A stretch of 64,000 bases of DNA from positions 20,499,309-20,563,308 of the forward strand of contig NC_092379.1 in assembly GCF_030028105.1 (NCBI RefSeq). The letters are read 5' to 3'. This document shows positions 58,556-64,000 of the stretch, one piece after another. Numbering within the stretch: the first letter of the stretch is position 1; the number at the start of each line of letters is the position of its first letter. This stretch comes from Mobula birostris (Eukaryota). The position numbers and the translations under genes are program-made. The notes below the pieces were generated by a model. That model saw only the letters and a list, made by a program, of their open reading frames with translations, had not been told where the DNA came from and searched no databases.

Positions 58556-60255
58556 TAAGAAGGGAGGAAGGCAAAATAAAGGAAATTATAGGCGAGTTAT
58601 CCAAAACTCAGTGGTTGGGAAGTGTTGAAGTCTCTTTCTTTAGGATGAGGTTTGGGGTATTTGGAGACGAATGATAACATTTGTCAAAGTCAGCGTCGTT
58701 TCTGCAATGGGAAATCTGGCCTGACAAATCTGTTAGAGTTCTTCGAGGAACTAACAAGCAGGCTGGACAAAGGAGAGGCAGTGAATGGTATTTACTTGGA
58801 TTTTGAAAAGTTGTTTGATAAGGAGCAAAACATGAGGCTGCTTTACAAGATAAAATTGAATGGCGTTACAGGAGAGATATTGGCATGGACAGAGGAATGA
58901 CTGACAGGTAGGAGGCAGCAAGTGGGAATAAAAAGGCCCTTCTCTGGTTGGTTGCCATTGACTAGTGATGTTCCTCAGTATTGAGACTGCTACTTTTCAC
59001 ATTGTTTGGTTATGATTCAGATAATGGAATTAATGGCTCTGTAGCAAAGTTTGTGGATGATACAAAGATAGGTGGAGGGGTAGGTAGCCCTGAGGAAGCA
59101 ATGCAATTGCAGTAGGACTTAGATAAATTGGAAGAATGGGCAAAAAGTGGCAGATGGAATACAATCTTTGGAAATACATGGTAATGCATTTTGGTAAATG
59201 AAACTATAGTGCAGACTACAATCTAAATGGGGAGAAGGTTCAAACAACAGAGGTGCAAGGGGACTTAGGAGTCCTCGTGTAAGACTCTCAGAAGTTTAAT
59301 TTACAGGTTGAGTCTGTGGTGAAGAAGGCAAATGCAATATTAGCATTTATTTCATGGGAATAAAATATAAAGGCAAGGAGATATTGCTGAAGCTTTAAAA
59401 GACACTAATCAGGCCGCACTTGGAGTATTGTCAACAGTTTTGGGCCCCTTATCTCAGAAAGGGTGTGTTTTCATTGGAGAGAGTCACGAGGATAATTCCA
59501 GAAATGAAGGGGTTAACATATGAGGAGAGTTTGGCAGTGTTGGGCCTGTACTCGCTGGAACTTAGCAGAATGCAGACAGATCTCATTGAAACCTAGTGAA
59601 TGTTGGAAGGACGAGATAGGGTGGATGTAGAGAGGATGATTCCTATGGTGGGAGTATGCAGAACAAGAGTGCACAGTCTCAAAATTGAGGGGGATCTTTC
59701 AGAACAGAGGTAAGGAGGATTTTTTTTTAGCCTGAGAGTAGTGAATTTGTGTGTTGGCGTGTGGCCAAATGGTGAAGGCATCTGTCTAGTGATCTGAAGA
59801 TCACTGGTTCGAGCCTCAGCTAAGGCAGTGTGTTGTGTCCTTGAGCAAGGCACTTAACCACACATTGCTCTGCGACGACACTGGTGCCAATCTGTATTGG
59901 CCCGAGTCCCTTCCTTTGGACAACATCAGTGGCGTGGAGAGGGGAGACTTGCAGCATGGGCAACTGCCGGTCTTCCATACAACCTTGCCCAGGCCAAATC
60001 CATGGTTTCACGAGACTACAGATGCCTAAAGTGAATCTGTGGAATGGTCTGTCACAGACTGCAGTGGAGGCCAATTCTGTGGGCATATTTAAGGCACATT
60101 GATATTTTCCTGATCAGTCAGGGCATCTAAGGATATGGTGAGAAGGCAGGTTTATGGGGTTGAGTGGAATCCAGGATCAGCCATGATGGAATGGCAGTAC
60201 AGCCTTGATGGGCAGAATGGCCTAATACTGCTCCTGTCTCACGGTCTTATGTCTG
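58556..60255 (+). mobile_element. Old CR1 remnant
   Basis: LTNLLEFFEELTSRLDKGEAVNGIYLDF; CR1 3' UTR at ~60170-60250. Confidence 0.85.
59751..60029 (+). mobile_element. tRNA-derived SINE with a CORE/Meta-like central domain
   Basis: A box TGGCCAAATGG; B box GGTTCGAGCCT; GTGTCCTTGAGCAAGGCACTTAACC; TSD AGTGAAT(T/C)TGT at 59740 and 60030. Confidence 0.85.
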
Positions 60256-60552
60256 ATGTGGACTTGCCAGAGAAAAGGTGTTCCCAATTAACGCTTCTTC
60301 GTTCTTGCCTAATGCCCTTGTAAATTGCCCTGTGTCAATTTAAATCTCTTCCACAAGGACCATACCTATTCTTGTCGATAACTATCCTGAAAGTTAACAA
60401 GTTGTGGTCATGATTCCCGAACTGTTCACCCACTGAAAGGTTAATCACCTGGCCAGGGTCATTCCCCAAAACCAGGAACAGTATGGCCAACCGCCATAAA
60501 AAACTCAGAAACCTATTGACCATTGAAAGGCCCAGATGGGGCTGATGCAGAG

Positions 60553-61090
60553 AGGATGTCTGCGGGAGTGTCGGGATGTAAGTATACACAGGCCATTTCC
60601 ACCGGAGGCTGTTTGCGGAGGGAAGACAGAGAAGGGAAACGTCAGAGAAAATGTCAGGTAGACACAGTGAACCAGACCTCCCACCTACCTGTTTCTATCC
60701 CTGCAGCCATTGATTAAAAGGTCTGCTGGTCCTCCCACCTGTCTTTTATCTGGTTAGAGAAACATGCCGACCGCCTGTCTCTATTGGTTGGAGGTCTGCA
60801 TGTTGCCACCCTCGCTTTTTATCTCCATCGGTTTGCCTGCAGATCCGACACACAGCTTGCCTCACCATTGGTGACGTTTGTTTAAAATCGTGGCAGGGGC
60901 TGAATGGCACGAAAATTTTTCAGAAAGGTCCATTTGGTTCGTAAAATTAAAGTGGAAGTTTCAGCAAAGCTGTAAAATTGTGAAAAGGACAAGACTTGTG
61001 ATTGAACACAGAAAACTTTGGGAACAAAAGCGCAGCAGCTTTACGCCTGCGCTGAACGGCGATGTTTACCGTTCGTTGCCGTTTAAATTA
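60553..61090. promoter_or_regulatory. Element X copy 3 (older, roughly 80% identical by eye)
   Basis: Aligns to 2044-2575; ATTGG retained at 60783 and 60867. Confidence 0.5.
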
Positions 61091-62520
61091 TCAACATTAC
61101 ATCCTTGATTTTATATTCTAGTTCTCTACATCACATTTGCCTTCCTCACCACCGACTGCAAATTAACCTTTCGGGTATCCTGCACGAGGACTCGCAAAAC
61201 ACTTTGCGTCTCAGTGTTTCATATCTTCTGTCTATTTTGAAAATAGTCAACCCTTTCATTTCTTCTGCCAAAGAGCATGACCATACACTTCCCGAATTGT
61301 ATTCCGTCTGCCTCTTCTTTGCCCATTCTTCTAATCTGCCTATCTTTCTGTAGCCTCTCTACTTCCTCAAAATGCCCTGCCTCTCGACCTGTCTTCATAT
61401 CGTCTGCAAACTTTGCAACAAAGCCATCAAGTCCAACATCCAAATCGTTGACATATAATGTAAAAAGAATCATTCCGAACAAAGACCTCTGTGGAACACC
61501 ACTAGTCACCTGCAGCCAACCATAAAAGTCTCCCTTTATTCCCACTCTTTGCCTCCAACCAATCAGTCACTCCTTTAAACATCCTGGAAATTTTCCTGTC
61601 GTACCATGGGCTCGTAGCTTGTTAAGCAGCCTCATGTGTGGCAGCTTGTTGAAGGCTTTCTGAAAATCCAAGCACACAACATCAACTGATTCTCCTTTGT
61701 CTATCTTGCTTTTTATTTCTACAATGAATTCCAACATATTTGTCATGAAAGATTTTCCTTTGAGAAAACCATGCTGACTTCTGCCTATCTTATCATGTGC
61801 CTTCAAGTACCCCAAAACCACAACTTAACAATCAATTCCAACATCTTCTCAACCACTTAAGTCAGACTAACTGGCCTATACGTTCCTTCCTTCTGTCTCC
61901 CTCCCTTCTTGAAGAGCAGAATGGCATTTGTAATTTCCCAGAATTCCGGAACTATTCCAGAATCTAGGGATTCTTGAAAAATCACAGTTAATGCCTCCAC
62001 AATCTCCAAAGCTACCTCCTTCTGAACCCTCGTGTGTACACCATCAGGTCCAGGTGATTTATCTACCTTCAGACCTTTCTATTTCTCAAAAATCTTCTCC
62101 GTAGTAATGGCAGCTTCACACACGTCATGACCCCGATGCCCGGATGTTCTATCAGACTGCTCATGTCTTCCTCAGCGAAGACTGATGCAAAATATTTATT
62201 CAGTTCCTCCTGCATTTCCTTGTCCCCTATTACTACCTTTCCAGCATTGATTTCCACTCTTGCCTCTCTTCTACACTTTATGTATCTGAAGCGACTTTTG
62301 GTGTTTCTTTAATATTATTGAGTAGCTTACTTTAGCATTCCATCTGATTCTCCTTATTGACTTTTTTAGTTGCCTTCTGTTGATTTTAAATGCTTACCAA
62401 TCCTCCAAATTCCCACCAATTCCAGCTCAATTATATGCCCTCTCTTTGGCTGTTATGTTGCCTTTGAGTTCCCTTGATACCATAATTGTGTCATCTTGCC
62501 TTTTGAACACTTCTTCCTCT
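61091..62520 (-). mobile_element. 3'-truncated CR1 ORF2 remnant
   Basis: YLKAHDKIGRSQHGFLKGKS, KFADDMKTG. Confidence 0.85.
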
Positions 62521-64000
62521 TCAAATCCCCGTCTGAATCCTCAGGCAACAGCAATAAGGCATTACTGAGGGTTATTTCCCTCTTGGAAAAAGACTTCAAG
62601 GGTCAGCGTAAAGGAGTCTTATCCCTTCCTTTGGAACTGGCGGCTGGATTCCATAAGCTTGGCTGCAAGTTCCCCAGACTGTTCAGGTATTTGCTTTGTC
62701 CTGTCCTGATCGAGAGGACATGACTAGATAGTGTTTGGACTCACAGAGTCCTATTGACTGGAAATGGCTTGTTTGTCCTTGAGGGCAGGACTTGGTCTCT
62801 TGGAGGTCTCAGGTTACCTCACACTGAAGGCTGCCCTCTAATTAGTTCTTGGTCACAGGAGTGTTTGCGTCTCGGAATACCATGGTGCAAATAAAACCTC
62901 TTACGATGAATGGACCAAGCAATGATTCTGCCCTTTCTCCAGTCCACGGATGGGTTATACTGGGACAGCCCAGGGTACCTGAGGATCAGTGATATGAGTG
63001 AAGAGTCAATAATGTGGAAGCTAGTGTCTTCCACATGACCCCTATCCTCATCTGCAAATCCACAGTCTGTTGCTGGATCTGCCCAGAACCTAGTGGGCGA
63101 CCGTCCAAGACAGTTGCGGGCATGTGTTGGCTCAACTCTCACAGCGATATGTGGAACCGATGGGTGGTTCTTAAATCCAGAAAATAACCCACTGTCCCAG
63201 AGTCCAGGCAGCTCTCACCTGCCTTAAGTTTTTACCCCGGGTGAACTCTGCCTTCAGCATGAACCCAGAGTCAGTTGTACTGGGAGTAGTGACTGCCACC
63301 GTCACAGTCCTCCTGATACTGGATGATCTTAGCAGTCTCGACGGTTGCAGCCTGGGACACTCGGCTCACCAGTGACATACTCCCCCACAGTAAAAGCAGC
63401 GACTCTGACGCCGGGACCTTTCATCAGCGGAGAGCCCAGCACAACCGACCTGCATGAGTTCGACTGGATCTTGAGCAGGTGACGGGCTGGTTATGGTCCG
63501 ACGTTGTGGGGTGGAACTGTGTTGCATGGGGACTGGGCTCAAACTGGCTCACTTTGATTTCCTGAAGTGGTCCCACTTTCGCTCTGCCAGACGATTGTTG
63601 AGACGGATGGACTGGTCACTCAAAGCCTCGAAGATCTCAGCTGGCTCTCCCAAGACGAGGCATCCTTTAGTTCTTCTGTGGTGGTAGAGCATGGCTGCAC
63701 CCTCTCCATTCCAACCACTCTTCTGGGACAAGGTCCAAAATGCGATTGCGTTGTCGGCCGTGGACCATCCCCCCTGTCGAATCTTCATCAGCCGGTCTGA
63801 GTCTCAGCTGGCTCCAGTGAGGTGATTAAACACCTTCCTCATGGCAGCCATGAATTCCTCTGAATCTGAGCAGATCTCAGACCGATGTTCCCAATGCGCA
63901 GTGGCCAAGGCCAGGACTTTTCCAGTCCTGGAGAGAAAATGAAGGCCACCTTTCCTCGCTCTGAAAGGAACTGGGACAGCTGTAGTTCAAACACGAGTGA
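62521..64000 (-). mobile_element. Sushi-like Gypsy remnant (gag, protease)
   Basis: VFELQLSQFLSERGKVAFI, FWTLSQKSGWN and IRLNNRLAER (gag); LDGRPLGSGQI and NPSVDWRKGRIIAW (protease); homologous to 39495-39810 and 41180-41270. Confidence 0.8.

Noticed and set aside
59755-59825. tRNA gene
   Set aside because: No complete cloverleaf; it continues into a SINE body and is flanked by a TSD

Overview
Vertebrate genomic DNA made almost entirely of nested retroelements; I could not identify any host protein-coding gene. The repeat mix (CR1/L3 LINEs with (TTCTATG)n tails, Penelope-like elements, Rex1, fish-type L1, Nimb/I-clade, Sushi-like Gypsy, one tRNA-derived SINE) suggests a cartilaginous fish, probably a ray. 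That assignment is inferred from recalled family features, not from a search. Main structure: (1) a direct segmental duplication, 1-12524 vs 25871-37794; (2) a younger ~0.72-kb inverted duplication, 12606-13328 vs 25745-26466, bracketing a 12.4-kb L1-rich island; (3) a probable older third paralog at 60553-64000; (4) a CpG/CCAAT-rich non-repeat element present three times about 28-30 kb apart; (5) an uninterrupted 932-codon CR1 ORF2; (6) minimal hammerhead ribozyme motifs in the Penelope-like elements, including ~100-bp insertions that begin exactly at the ribozyme's first strand. Repeat boundaries and identities were judged by eye and are approximate.
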